A stretch of 64,000 bases of DNA from Bigelowiella natans CCMP2755 (taxonomy: Eukaryota; Protista; Cercozoa). The translations under genes were made by a program, and so were the position numbers. Each line of letters begins with the position of its first letter. The stretch's first letter is position 1. The stretch lies in assembly GCA_000320545.1 (NCBI GenBank), contig ADNK01002594.1, positions 7,264 through 71,263 on the forward strand, read 5' to 3'. The notes beneath the pieces were generated by a model. The model ran no database searches, had not been told where the DNA came from, and saw nothing but the letters and a program-made list of their open reading frames with translations. Of the stretch, positions 13,214 to 26,585 are shown piece by piece.

Positions 13214-13568
13214 ATGGAGGAGTTCATCATTCAACTACATTTTGCAGAGAATGGCCACTTTTCTCGGGCGTCCTCTTGTATCTCCCAGTCTGAGGTTGCT
13301 CCAAATAATATTGCAAATATTAAAAATACTTCTGAAATGGCAGAATTTTATTGATTCTCAACATCACCATTTTGATTCCCCCCCTTTTAGGAGCAAACGT
13401 TAGTTGTCAAAGCTTCTTACATATTCCAAATGTTCGATAAGAACGAGGACCAACTTTTCTCTAAGGTGAGGTGAAGACGTCCACACACGCACACACACGG
13501 ACGCGTGGGCGCATATTATTAAAATAAATGTATACACATACATAATTTTTTTCCTGTTGAATATTTGC

Positions 13569-13605
<37 letters not shown>

Positions 13606-15116
13606 TACGTACTCAGTGAAGGATGGGGAAAATCACACAAAAGCTACATTTACTTGCTTAGTCGGAGCTCGAAGCTTTGATTGCTCTAACTACGGATCCA
13701 GCGGATCTACCACGGGAAAACACCTACCGGAATTTTTGCGACTCGTACTTAGATGTCATTTCATCACTCCATGTCTATCTGTCGGCGCATAATGTCAGCA
13801 TTGGTGAGGTTAATTAATGATTAGGGTTGGTGCTGATCTTACGAAAGGCTTGACAATAAAGCAACTTATCGAAGCGTACCGTATTGGCTATGGAGACGTG
13901 GAAGCAGACTGGATGCGTCTTTCTCACGACAAGGGTAGAAGTGATAAAACACTCAAAGAATAACTCGTGAATCAGAATCAGATCGAAGTATTGGTGGATA
14001 ATAATGTGTCCATGTTTGTGAATGGTAGACGGGTCTAAGACGTCCAACTATGAGCTCATAGTAGTGGAGGGGGCTCCTTACTACCAAAGTCTTTTGAACG
14101 GAATCTATGTGAGAACCAAACTAAAAAGTAGACATCCCCCAGTATTTGTCAAGGTGATTAAACTGTATGATTGATTACAATGCATCTGAAACTTCGGATC
14201 GGTTCTTTACTTTATAGCGTGATCATCACAGAAACAGCTCCGCACGGTACCTCTATTGGACGGACGAGTACAATGGGGCCTGGCTGCTAGATGACGACAT
14301 GGATGTAAATATTCACCCTAACCATCTCTACTACTACTTGTGTAAACCACAAATACGCTCATGACAAAGATACGACGATGATACAACATGCAATTATCCA
14401 CTCTTCCTAGCCCTCTAGTTCGAATGGTTTTCTCTCGTCTCCCGGTGGTGGCATGGCTGGGACATGGGAATTGGCCAACAGAAGGTATTCTAGCTTCAAA
14501 GTTCTTCAGCTCCGTAATTCTCGAATCTCTTTCCCCTATCATTCAATATGTTTCTGTTTAAAGAGTTGCAAATGATAAACTTGAGTATATTGTCATTGCA
14601 GCAAACATTGGATAAAAGAGAAAATGGTGTCTCTTACTTGTCTCAAGGAAGGAGAAGAGGCGGCAGTGGCATTCGATAGTGACGGGGCCAGTAGCAATTA
14701 TGGCCTGGACATTAAAGATCATCTCCCTTCCCATGTCAATGAAGCTACAAATAAGGTCAATTATTGCTGCTTTCAACCGGTTTTAGCAAGTAATTAACAA
14801 TCTAATAGCATAGTGTACAATTGATCGACGATTGCTTACTCAGGCTGTCCCCTTCGAGATGGTAATTGGGATCGAAGTAGGAACTAATGTTGTCATCATC
14901 ATCCGAATGCACAAGGCTGCTTTCATCGATGATGGTTACGACATTGAAGCTTCCGTGCCTATAGCACGAAATTTAGAAATGATAAGGTCATGTTGTTGAA
15001 ACTCAAAAATCATGAAGTGGACTCTGGTTAATCTTATGTATGTATGTTGTAACAAATATACCAGGCCCGACAGGGTACTCATCGATACACGAATGACTCT
15101 TCGAGCTGAAATTTAG
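13214..15116 (+). CDS. EF-hand-containing protein, multi-exon; start tentative
   Basis: Spliced exons EQTLVVKASYIFQMFDKNEDQLFSK|SELEALIALTTDPADLPRENTYRNFCDS|VGADLTKGLTIKQLIEAYRIGYGDVEADWMRL give an EF-hand loop (DKNEDQLFSKSE) plus a degenerate partner helix pair. Later exons include IVVEGAPYYQSLLNGIYVR...PVFVK and YLYWTDEYNGAWLLDDD. The gene ends ...MTLRAEI* (TAG 15114-15116). Confidence 0.65.
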
Positions 15117-15899
15117 AGGCCGGATCTGCATCACGCACGTCAAATATTAGCGATACGTAGTAGTAGCCAAAAAATTATTCAAGCAGCAGAGAACTAATCC
15201 AATCTCAGCAGGGCTGAGCTACGCATGTCCGATCTCAGACAAGAAAAAGAAGTCGTTGCTTTATTGATTATGCTTGTCTATACTTGTTGACTATGATGGC
15301 CCGTAGTATATGACGCTGCGGCATGCTAGCATATGAACACAATAAGCTAAGCTATGCACCTCTAGACCTCTGTTATCTTAGCGCTATAGCCGCTGCCTTG
15401 TATAACTACATTTGGATGACTACTCAAAAAATGCGATCATTCCATTGCACCCGTCTCACGACACCTCGCTCCAGCTTTTTTCACAAGCTAGTATATACGT
15501 ATCGTAGGCCGCTGCGTCATGCACAGCTATGTATGTCACATGTGTCTACATCTAGACATGTACATGTACATGCATGTCAATTGTGCGCGGATTATTTCAT
15601 GGTTGGAGGTGATGCAGTTGTTCGGAAGCGGGCGGAGCTCGTTTATTGCGCGCTGCGCCTAGCACTAGGCATGTCGTCATTTGCGTGTTTGTTACGTACA
15701 TGAAAAAATGCATCTAATGTCATGACACAACATGCATGCATTTGCTATTCTTTGAGTCTGTTTAGAAATATTAAATCAATGAACTTTGTTGCCCATTTCG
15801 TGACAGACAAGACATCGCTTTCTTAATTTTTACAAGCTTCGATTACATAAACTAAAATCAGCTAGCTCAAAAATTTTCTGAGACTTATTTATCTTCATT

Positions 15900-17661
15900 T
15901 AGACGTTCCTTATTTCTACCTACACTGCTGCGCATCTGCGTTTCCAATTTATCCTGCACCAGCTCCAAGTCTTCACAGCATGAGACATGTGATATGAAGC
16001 CAGTGAAACACGAGAATTAGTCGATGCTAAGCATCCCTAAAGAAGAGAGATACATATTTACCACCATCAGCACATAGGGATTATGAGCATGATCCATCAT
16101 AATCCACATCGAACTCCACAATGATCATCCCTGATATCCCTCGCTTGCTCTCTGCATGATGAGATGAGACCCCAGAATCAGATGTGTTGTTTGTTTAAGC
16201 AGTAGGAAGTTGTTTGTAGAATTGCAGGTTCTCATTCTAACAGTATGCGTCATCGATACCAGAGAATCACAAGGACTAGGAGCAGCAGAAGAAAGGCCAA
16301 TCCGGCAAGTTGTAACGGAATAGATACTTGAGCAGTCTGCTCACTTGCTTGTTGAGGTAAGGATGCTGCTATCAAAGATGCTGGTTGTCTCTGGGCGCCA
16401 CATGGTGTTCCTTCGTCAGCAGAACGTGATATTGCGTTTAGCATCAAGCCTCTTAACCTCCCTATTACGAGGGTCCTGGAGGAAGTCCTCGCAGTCGAGG
16501 CCATTCTCTCGGCTAGAGACGCACAAACAGAGGCAACTGGAAGAGTTGAGTCGTACATGATATTTGGTTGGGTACCTGCGTAACAACTCAAATTTAGTAA
16601 GAGGGACAAAGAAGTCATATGTTTAAATAAATCATGAGCATTATTTTAACTTGTATGCCCAGCGAAATCTTAATGAGGAACAAAATTTAACTCAAACTTT
16701 TGGCTGAATGAACCTGCGGTACGGAGCCTACTCCTCCATCGCGCAAGGCTGCGGCGCCCCCTGTTCCTGTCGCTTTGTGGTGTGCCATCCCCGGAAGCAT
16801 GTGTATTGTAAGTGTAGAGGGCAAAGGGTTGATCTGACGACGATGAAGAGGAGGAGGAGGAGGAGGAGGATGAGAACATGTTGGGGAGAGGCCCGGAGTG
16901 CGTGGGCGGAGTGATTTCTGGGAGATGAAATCTTGGATCCCGATAGTCCTTTTTAAGCATTGTCAATACTTGATATGAGTTGCATCTGTGAGATACGACT
17001 ACAAAATTATATTGTCGTATATTTAAATAATAGACCAATTTTTTAATATTATCCTTTCCTTTACATATTTCTGGGCTGAGGAATTATCGGCAACAGTCCC
17101 TCCCCCTTGCCGTCGTGACTACTATGCCCACACCCCTCGCTGCCACTTCAACCATACATCAAATTGATTCATCCTCAACATCTACAGCACAATCACGATC
17201 ACTTGCTACACCTGTCACATTTAGAGCACGGCGAAGGCACTCGCACAGCGCAGGTATACGGTTCCAGCATTTGCCAAAAAGACTACAAATCATCCAATTC
17301 TTACGGCTTTGAAATCAGCGGAATTTATTTTTCTCTCAAATCGCGTGCGCTACTTTACACGTTCATGTAATTCCCCTGCAAATTATCATTCATTCATTTT
17401 CCCAGGTGTAGCTTTGCGTTCCGCTTGCAGTGGTGGATGCTCGAGTATCGGTCTCTCGTTGAGAAGAGGAATTCCAGCTGCTTTGTTTCGAAGTAGATTA
17501 ATGCGGCATGCTGTCGCTTTATGCTCATCGAGTCCCAGAATAGCCGGGACAAGCTCGAGCTCCACATCTCGTAATCCTGATGAATACATGCTGGATTCTC
17601 CTTCCATGCAAGGGACGACAACGTGGTCAGTGACTGGACTCAACGTCCTTATTATCAGCAT
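15900..17661 (-). CDS. Hypothetical low-complexity protein, multi-exon; boundaries uncertain
   Basis: In-frame exon join ...SLARWRSRLRTA|GTQPNIMYDSTLPVASVC... (intron ~16713-16577), with coding-like ORFs 17386-17661, 16670-17038 and 16250-16618. No domain recognised. Confidence 0.4.
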
Positions 17662-17923
17662 GTTATTTTTCTTGTTTTTAGTTTTATGGGATAGATAATA
17701 AAGTCAGTCAGTACCTTATGAAATGAATGTATTTGCTTCTACCATTTCGGTAATGAGTAATAATTTAATTGTTAGCAGCCGGGTTAACCTCTTATCTATG
17801 CACACGCGCGTACGTAGCATCGTAGTGAATTATTATTTGCATAGCAGCTAGTTTCATACACATAATGAATGTCTGAAACTGTGTCCTTTAGCGGATCTAC
17901 GATGCAATGTGCGACGATACCAT

Positions 17924-18051
17924 AGTTGTAGCATGCGCACATACATGATTGTAAGTATAGCATATGATAAAGATATGTCAGACGGATCAATGAAGTTGTA
18001 GCATGCGCACGTACATGCTTATTGTGAGCATAATTTATGATAAAGATATGT
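17924..18051. repeat. Imperfect direct repeat, 2 copies, period ~70 bp
   Basis: AGTTGTAGCATGCGCAC at 17924-17940 and 17994-18010; ATGATAAAGATATGT at 17964-17978 and 18037-18051. Confidence 0.8.
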
Positions 18052-19323
18052 GCCTATATAACAAACATAATTTAAGCGCTGTGACCTTTGCTTCTAGCTT
18101 TGCATATAGCTACATTGGAATGACCATTGAAATTTTTAAAGTATTTATTACATCCGTCTCATATATCATAGAGTGCGGGCTGGCTACGCTACGCTGCGCA
18201 ATAAACAAAGAACAACAGGCTGTAATTGCCAAATAGACAGCACTTTACGGTACATGCATGTAATGCAATAATGCTACAGTGCCAGAGCCAGAGCCCCGTA
18301 TCTAGCTATATACTGCAGTATAGGATATAGGGTGGCTCTGCTAGTTCTGGCTAGTCGTGTACAATGTGCATCTTGTAATCTACGCTAAGAACTACACTAT
18401 ATACATACATCTACAAGGCATCATACTAACATGACTTACAGTCGCTATCAGTCACAGAAATAGCAGCTACATCGAGATACCGCTGTAGGTTATCTATTTA
18501 CATCGCCGGGCTGCTAAAGAGCTGGGATGTCATTTGCTGCAAGATGAATCTGCTCAACTCCAACTCGAAATTGTAATTGATCGATGGATACTATAAATGT
18601 CACTGCGTTGTTAAAAAGAAATTGCACTCGCATGGCATTTACAATAAACAACAAAGGGCGCGAGCTCAAACTAACGTAAATATATGATGGCTGAGACATG
18701 AGCACAAGTTGGCCGTTGTTGACCGTCCGCTACAGTCTTCTTTGCTTCCTTTCAAAATCGCCAGTGAGAAAGGTATTACAGGTGGAGTGTGTACATGTTC
18801 ATATTCCGTGTTCCACAGTCCGAGCACACTCACATCGACGTCCCTCAACGCGGATAGAAGCGTGCGGTATATTGCTATCTACAGATTCTCTTCATATGCT
18901 AATGTCCTATACAAGCTGACAGAAAAGTGTCGCTGCAGCAGGGTATTATTCGACTAACAAGAAAGGAAATGGAGGATTTTCAGATCCACAATCAATTCCC
19001 TTTCATTATCTCGATTCTCCATGATCTATCTTCCATGCTTTGTTTGCAGATATACTAGGTCGTTCGAAAGCAGCAGAACGATAGAGTGATATTAGTCTTA
19101 AGCAGTCTCCTTCATCTCAGATTTCTGTATTAGTACGAGCAGCAGTGTCAAGTCATCATCCAGCAACTGCAGCAGCAGCGTTTCAGCTTTACAGCATGAC
19201 GATGTCCAAGAAAATTACACGCACCGTCTCCCTCTCTTTCCCTATCTACCCCTCCCCTTCTCCTCTATGCTACTGTGGTCCTCCTTCCTAGTAGATCATC
19301 ATTGTTGATATAATATATAGAAC

Positions 19324-19357
<34 letters not shown>

Positions 19358-19362
<5 letters not shown>

Positions 19363-20202
19363 ATGTTTGGGACGAAATGCTTGTTACCTGCCCCTCAGCG
19401 CTGTATGCGCTCTCAGCCTCGTAGGATTTTGCCACATCGCGAAGAACTTCGCCTATTTTTGGGAAAGACGACGATGAGGAGGAGGAGGAGGAGTATAAAC
19501 AGCACAAGAGGAAGAAATGATTTTGATACACAGCGCTCTATGCTGTCTGCACCGCTTCCGTGCTAGTTTTTGTAAATGAATTTGGCTTGTCTCAAAATAC
19601 GACTACTTCTACTTCTACTTCTACTACTACTACTACTACCGATTAAATCAATCTCTGGAGAGGATATCTCAAAGTGAGGGGTGAATTTGATCGTGTGTGC
19701 AGCGTTGATTACTCCCAAACCTAAGGAGGAAAGATAAGAAGAAGAAGAAGAAGAAGAAGAAGAGAGGAGATTATGTATTATTTGAAACGTTTGAAGGCAG
19801 AAAAAGCCAAACAAATATTCGTAAAACAGCAACAGCTACGATCATTTCTATTCCTTAACGAAGGGAAAGTCCAGTCGCCGAGAGACGAAAACGGTCAGCA
19901 TTTACAAAAAGAAATAGAAATAATAATCCATGTCTGACGATGCGATCGATTCGGGTATGATCAAAATCCAGGTGGATGTGTCGTGTGAATTTAGTATCTA
20001 TCAATGGTGGCTTCATACCAGACTGCCGGCAGCGGGAGAGAATGCTTTCGGTGCCTGATCGAAGATACATTCCATTCAATTGAAGCAGTATAGGAAAAGA
20101 GCCTTTCATCCCTTACAAACAACGGGTTTTTCTTGCCATCACCACCAGCAATATATTCCTCCCCCCACTCACTCCTCCCCTCCTCTTCCTCGACACTTCC
20201 AT

Positions 20203-20258
<56 letters not shown>

Positions 20259-20391
20259 CATCTCACGAGTGCATCTTGTTGCATTACAATACCTGGGAAG
20301 TTTCCGCCGAACATCTTGATATCATCGTGGAGGTGGATGGCTGTGGGAGGGAATATTTATTACAAAGAGTCTGTTAGAAATACATATATAC

Positions 20392-20428
<37 letters not shown>

Positions 20429-21527
20429 TAAAGGTCTTATCACCTTGGAGGAGCCCAGAGCCTGTTACCCCGACGAATACGTTAGGGTTCTCCTCCGCAA
20501 TCGCCTTGAATTCCTTCTGGAACTCATCACCCCTGAGCATTTAGTAGTTGCAATCATCATGCTGTCAATATCATCACCATGTTGATGATGCTTTCATCGT
20601 CTGTGCATTAGATATCCTAAGTGCATTATTTTTCTCCAGCTTTCCAAGTAGCAGCAGCATTACTTTTGGAGGATGTTGGCTCTGATCTCAGGAGTACACT
20701 TGTTTAGAGTCTCCGTTGCGACATCGAGGGCACGTGGATTAGTTGTCATAGTGTTCCCGTAGAGGCCAGTCACCTGATGGGAGGGGTAGCACAGAGGGGG
20801 GGGGGGGGGAGGATGTAAGAGGACATGGCATGATGAAACTAGAAGGAAATCGAAACATTTGAAGGCGGCAGTAGGCTGTGATGTTTTAATTGTCATCGTC
20901 TCCATCGCAAGGACAAACTTACATAGGTATCTGCGACGTGTTGTTGGACGGCGAGCACCTGATGGAGGGACGGATGGATGGATGTACGTACGTACGTAGT
21001 TAGGAAATGAGATATCGAACAACTGAAAAAGTAAGCATCTTTCTCGATTGTTGTTGTTGTTGTTCTTCTTCTTCTTAAGAGTCAGGTCTTATGAAACATG
21101 GCAAAATCTTTTGGAGGGGCCTTGGGGGGTGCGGAAGAGGGGGAGGGGAGTTGGTGTAATTGTCGGCATTGATCCTCCTCAGTAGTTGTACCGAGAGAGG
21201 GTATTGTCCGGCATTAAGCGCCTTGGAGTAAGTCTCCATATCAGGAGCATCGCAATCCTCGAAGCCTAAAAGATAGTAGATCGAGGAAAGTTAGGTGTGA
21301 ATATTCTATGCATGCCGTCGTCAGCCCTTCTGTAACGATGATATATGTACGTCAATCAGTATTTTTTTGAGTGAAAAACCGCTATGTACGACGGGATCTG
21401 TTGGACTTGCCTGGGTAATCTGAGATCGAGAGAGATCCAGTTGCACGGAGAGACGCCTAAGAACAATATCGAAGAAGAAAAGGGCCAGTCATCGTCAGAC
21501 TACTATTTTCCTAGAAGGGGAACATGC

Positions 21528-21566
<39 letters not shown>

Positions 21567-23835
21567 ATTTACATATATCTTCTCTAAGAAGAGTATAGAA
21601 GTGAAATGGATGAAAATGGAGAGAAGAGGATTGGACAACTGTTAGCGCAACCCAACGCAACCTGAATGGAGTCGATGATGAGGAGCGAATGGTGCTTTTT
21701 GGTAAGCTCCCTAGCCTTGTCATAAAAGTCACGGTTCATGATTTTCCCAGGCTGGCCTTCTCCCATAACCTGCAAACAATGTGTATGTGCAAGTATAAGA
21801 CACAGCAGAGTGATGACTAACAAACTCTGTCGTCCTTCATTAGCTTGGCGCTGGCCTCTTTGCTTACCGGCTCGACGTAAAGCGCCTCGATGTGGATGTT
21901 CTTCTCCTCCGCCATGGCAAATGCGTCTTCCAAAGCCTGCACATTGTTGGGCTCCACAGCGATGGGGGCATGGCACTCAGGGTACCTATCATCATTAATG
22001 TCATCATCCCTTGATTTAGCGGCGGTCGCGGAATGCGTCAGTGAGAGGGGGGGGGGGGGGAACAAAAAATTGGGTTGTTGGTCGATGATGGCTTACTGGA
22101 AGGATGCGAGGTGCTCTCTGTAGACATCACGGCAGCTCTCGGAGAGACGAGCGGGACGATATGTACGACCGTAGAAGCCGCCTGGAAGAGAGGAAAATGT
22201 CAAATTCATTAGATTGCAGCATCTCTCAAATGTCCCGCAAATGTTTCGTTCTTACCTTGCATACACATCATCTGTATCCTCCTTCCCTCGTGAGGCGCTC
22301 CTGGAGCGGTCATGTTCTTCGCATGCACGTCGGTAACCCTGAGATGTTATCATTTTGCAACAACAACAACAACGCTCATGCTTGTGTGACAGACATCAGG
22401 AAATCACTCGTAGAAGCAAGAAACCAACCTAGCTGAGAATTCCACAGCCTCGGAACCACTGTTCATGCACACGAACTTTGCATAAGGACACTCTCCTCCA
22501 CGTGACCAACCGATTTGGGACTTGATAGCGGAAGTGAATCGAAGTTGGCTGGAAGGGTGGTACATATTGTAAGTAAGTCGTTGCCACACCGAAGTATTCA
22601 TCGTGATTATTGCAATACAGTGACAGTGCGGATGGACCTCCGCTTATGTCGAAACGGATCCATAACACAATTTCGTTATCATGGCTACCTGAACGATGGA
22701 GTCATAACGTTGGCCATGCAGTGCTCTCCACCAACAGCAGGCATCAAAAAATCTGGGTTGTGCCCGAAACCAAGCATACCTGCGAATAATCAACTGAGTT
22801 ACGACGGGCCATGAGCTGTAGTAAGGAGAATTGGGTTATTACCGTATCCACCGGAGTCGTGCATCACTGCTCCGTGAAGAGTTACAATCCAGGGACCTTT
22901 TGGGAGATATGGAGACGTGTTAGAGATCGGATTGTGATGTCACTCACGGAATTTCTCTGTGAATGCTCTTCCAGTACACCTTTAGCTGCCAGGGGGACGA
23001 ATGGCATAATAGAATCAGGGTGGTAGAAGTTGACGTATCCTTCTTGGAAACCATTTAGCAACTCTGCCTCATCCTTGAGAATGCTATCGCCGTAGATGGC
23101 TTTCTTTTCCTACGAAAGGCAGACAATTTATGAACAGTTCACGCTGTGGCGGTTCCAATTACATTTTACCTCAAAAACATGCTCAGCGTCTGCAATAGCT
23201 TTCTTAAGATGTTCATCCTCGGCAAATTTTTCGATGATTGAGTCTTTGAGACCAGTGGTGACTCTTTGGAGCTTTGAGGTGTGGGATCGAAGGCGGAGGA
23301 GTTGCTTAATCGCAGACCTGAGTAACACACGAAAAGGACAGACGTTAACTTCATAAGGCGGCTCTATTATCTTATGCCAGCACATCGTATTACCGCATGT
23401 TAACACGGAGAATGAAAAATTATTTTATCTAAAGCCCTAGAACTCTAATCGATTCGTCAAACATCCCATCCAAAGGGGGGGGGTTAATTGAACATGCAGG
23501 TGTCGATATGAATAAGGGGCAAATTCCACACATTTGGTTTTAATCGGAGTGATGCGAGAGTATGTAGGAAACATGCATTTCATGACTACAACGCAATGCA
23601 GGTAGAAAATTGGGGAAGGGGGGGAGGGAAAAGGGAGTTCCAACATAGTCGAAGGCGGGGAGCGAAGAGATTGAGATTTGAAACAGAACTAATTCGCACG
23701 AAGCCTCAAAGACTCCCCAAAAATGCCCTTATTATGCTTGTCAGCGACAAGGAGAATCATGCTGAATTCATCAAAAACCGGAGTCAACCGTTGCCTGTGG
23801 GTGAAATCGCGCGAGAGAAGCTGCGACGTGTCCAT
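19358..23835 (-). CDS. lat: L-lysine 6-aminotransferase-like class-III PLP aminotransferase (Flavobacterium lutescens/Xanthomonas LAT type)
   Basis: Spliced motifs: GYVNFYHPDSIMPFVPLAAK|GPWIVTLHGAVMHDSGGY|GMLGFGHNP...MANVMTPS, CPYAKFVCMNSGSEAV, GFYGRT, EP|VMGEGQPG...LLIIDSIQ, APDMETYSKALNAGQYPLS (PLP lysine), GLYGNTMTTNPRALDVA, GVTGSGLL, IKFTPHFEISSPEIDLI. These match my recollection of the bacterial LAT sequence almost motif for motif. Start and stop are tentative. Confidence 0.88.
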
Positions 23836-24402
23836 TTCCAAATTAGGATGGCAAACTTGCGCGTTGCGGCAGGCAATAAATCATGACTCTGTAACAATTA
23901 AGTCTCCATTTTGACCCTCATCACATCTGTATGCAGATGCTCGTTCTGCTCCGGGCTCTTCGCAAAAAGTTTAAGGTTTGTTTTACATGTGATTTTTACT
24001 GAACGACTGGACCAATCCAAAATGCAGATGTCATGAACCGTAAACAGGTACGATTATTCCCCGCTCCCTGAGAAAGAGAACTAGGCGATTCCACCCAGAA
24101 ATCACAATTCCTGAAATTATTCCCGGAGAATTCCGCGGCAGTTTTGGCAGCCGGCGCAAGTACGAAACCAGCTTGAGATATACACTCGATGTTTTCCGAT
24201 ATAAATATTGGCTCATACGATTGTACAGCAGAACAAAAGCAACAGTTATGCTGTTTTGAAAATCGGTTTTGAGCCTGGTATCCCGTACAGATTTCTGCCA
24301 CGCTGCCACGTGCTCTGCCAGGATCAACGAATACTCTTCTGGAACCCCCCCCAACCTCACGTCGCTGATCCGCATTCAGCGCCAGCGTTTATCTTCGCAA
24401 CT

Positions 24403-26254
24403 ATGCAAAACCTGAGTGAACGAGAAAACATGGTGCCTTGAGAGAGTCAGAGCGAGGAGTTGGGACAGCTCCTAAACAAGTTACTACTATTTGTGTTTCA
24501 GGTTGTAGGAGGTATTTGCGGGCTCATGGAGGTAATACAGTAGATGAAATCCTTCAAATACACATATCTCGTTCTTCCTCAAAATCACAATTGTATTCCC
24601 GTATCGCAGGTTTCCCTCCTACAGGCTACGAACTATTGGAAGAACGCGCGACAACAGGGACTCCCTTTCACATTGGATCCGAGAATAACGTAGACTTTTG
24701 TGCCCATTATCAACGCACAACCAATGATCACCAGATCTTCGCCTTGCTAACTCTATCAGATATCGAGGCTACTTTTCCAACTGCGCCAACTTCGTGTCGT
24801 GTACAGTTTGGCAGGTTCCTACTCCACACATCACGACGCTTTTAATCCCGAGGTCTAACGAGCTGTGTGTTCAACTATTTTCGCCAGTTCACGGTCAATG
24901 GCCGATTGAAAAAAGCAATGCTTAAAGGAGAAATGTCAAGAGAACTCACGTGCGTTGGATTAAACCCGAATTGTAAACGAGCAACGCTCGGCACAATTAA
25001 TGATGTTTCTGAAATACGGATTAGGGCTGGGGAGCAAATCGTGGCAGCGATAGGCGCTGGCGGTACTTCAGCAGTCATAGGAGGGTAGTTTTTGTCTCTT
25101 ATCTTTGGAAAAATGATCCTTTATAGAACATAGATCATTCACATAGCTGGTTTCCTTGCGCCATCTCATATTATTATATTGCCACGCAGACCGCTTGAGC
25201 TGATCATGATACAGCAGCAGAGAAAAGGTTAGGCAAGATCTACAACTTCAAACCCTAAGCAGCATTGTGGTTAAGTGCGTGGCCTCTGATATACTACTGA
25301 TGATTGTATTTCATAGGGGGATCGTTACTTTCTGCAGCAAGCCAGATTTCGTCATATGGCACATCCATGTGGTAGTAGTTAATTCACTACTCTCCAATCT
25401 TATTGAAATGCATCTCACATGCTTCCTATTTTCCATTTCCCCCCTTCCCATACCTTCTTTATGCCATCTGACCTATGGATACAAATGAGCGTGAATATGC
25501 TCGGATAATGACCACATGTCGTTCGTATTTGGTGTTGCTGCTACTGCCTCAAAACAACCCTATCATCCCATCAGGACTAGAGGCCTAACAATGACTGCTC
25601 TCCGTGAGGGAGTTTACACAGGAGGGTTAGTTGACACTGCACGCAAATGCAGCAGCAGCAGCAGCAGCATGCTAAGCTGGCTATACAGCTATCTTTATAT
25701 ATCTCTGTCTCTTTAGACATGATACGAAGAACACCTTGATCTCTGGGGCATCCTTCCAAGCATTTTCTTCTTCGTGTGTTTTTGTCCTCGTATGACCCTG
25801 TTTGTGTGTCGTTGCTGGGCTCCTGAAATAGGTATCTAGGTGTAACTCCTGTGATCCGGGAACTTCTGCAGAAATCGTTTCCATCCTGGTAGTAAGGCTT
25901 GAGACTACCTATGACTCGAGAGGGGGGGGGGGTTGCTTTCATTCAACAGTCGGGGCACTGAATTATGGATAATTATCATAAAAGAAAAGGAATGATCTGT
26001 GTTGTTCGTTCGTTTGGAAGTTTTCATAATTCTCTTCTCATCGTTTTCTTCTGGCAAAACTTATTCGGTCATCATCAGGAACGAAGAGGGATGTCGGGCA
26101 ATAGGCTCTGTTTGCGGTAGTAGTAGCTGTTATAGCAGTACTCTTGGCACCACTAGCTCAATGCTACTTTTATCTCTACCTACTGCGCGAATTCTTCTTT
26201 GTTTCTAGAATATGAAGTTTGAATAATGAGCGATTATTCATTTCTCTCTCTCTC

Positions 26255-26292
<38 letters not shown>

Positions 26293-26543
26293 TCTCTCGC
26301 TGCAAGTGATATCGTTACTACTGAATCTGTTTCATAGGTGGCCTTTTTGCGTGCTACCTTTCGCATCCGTGTGATACGATAAAAACATGTATTCAAGGTA
26401 GTCTTATACTGTTATTCTTCCTATGTGTTCTCTCTCTACCATCCTCCGCGGTGCCTCCCTTTCCTCCCCCCCCCCCCCCTCTCTCTCTGTCTCTCTCTCT
26501 CAGTGTGTATGTGTGTTAAAAAAAATGGAGAGGAAGAGAGGGA

Positions 26544-26585
<42 letters not shown>

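Noticed and set aside
17924-18051. Direct repeat considered as a CRISPR-like array or LTR
   Set aside because: Only two degenerate copies, no cas or TE genes, and a eukaryotic context.
18494-18960. Possible small + strand gene between the hypothetical gene and lat
   Set aside because: I could not build a consistent spliced frame or recognise any motif.
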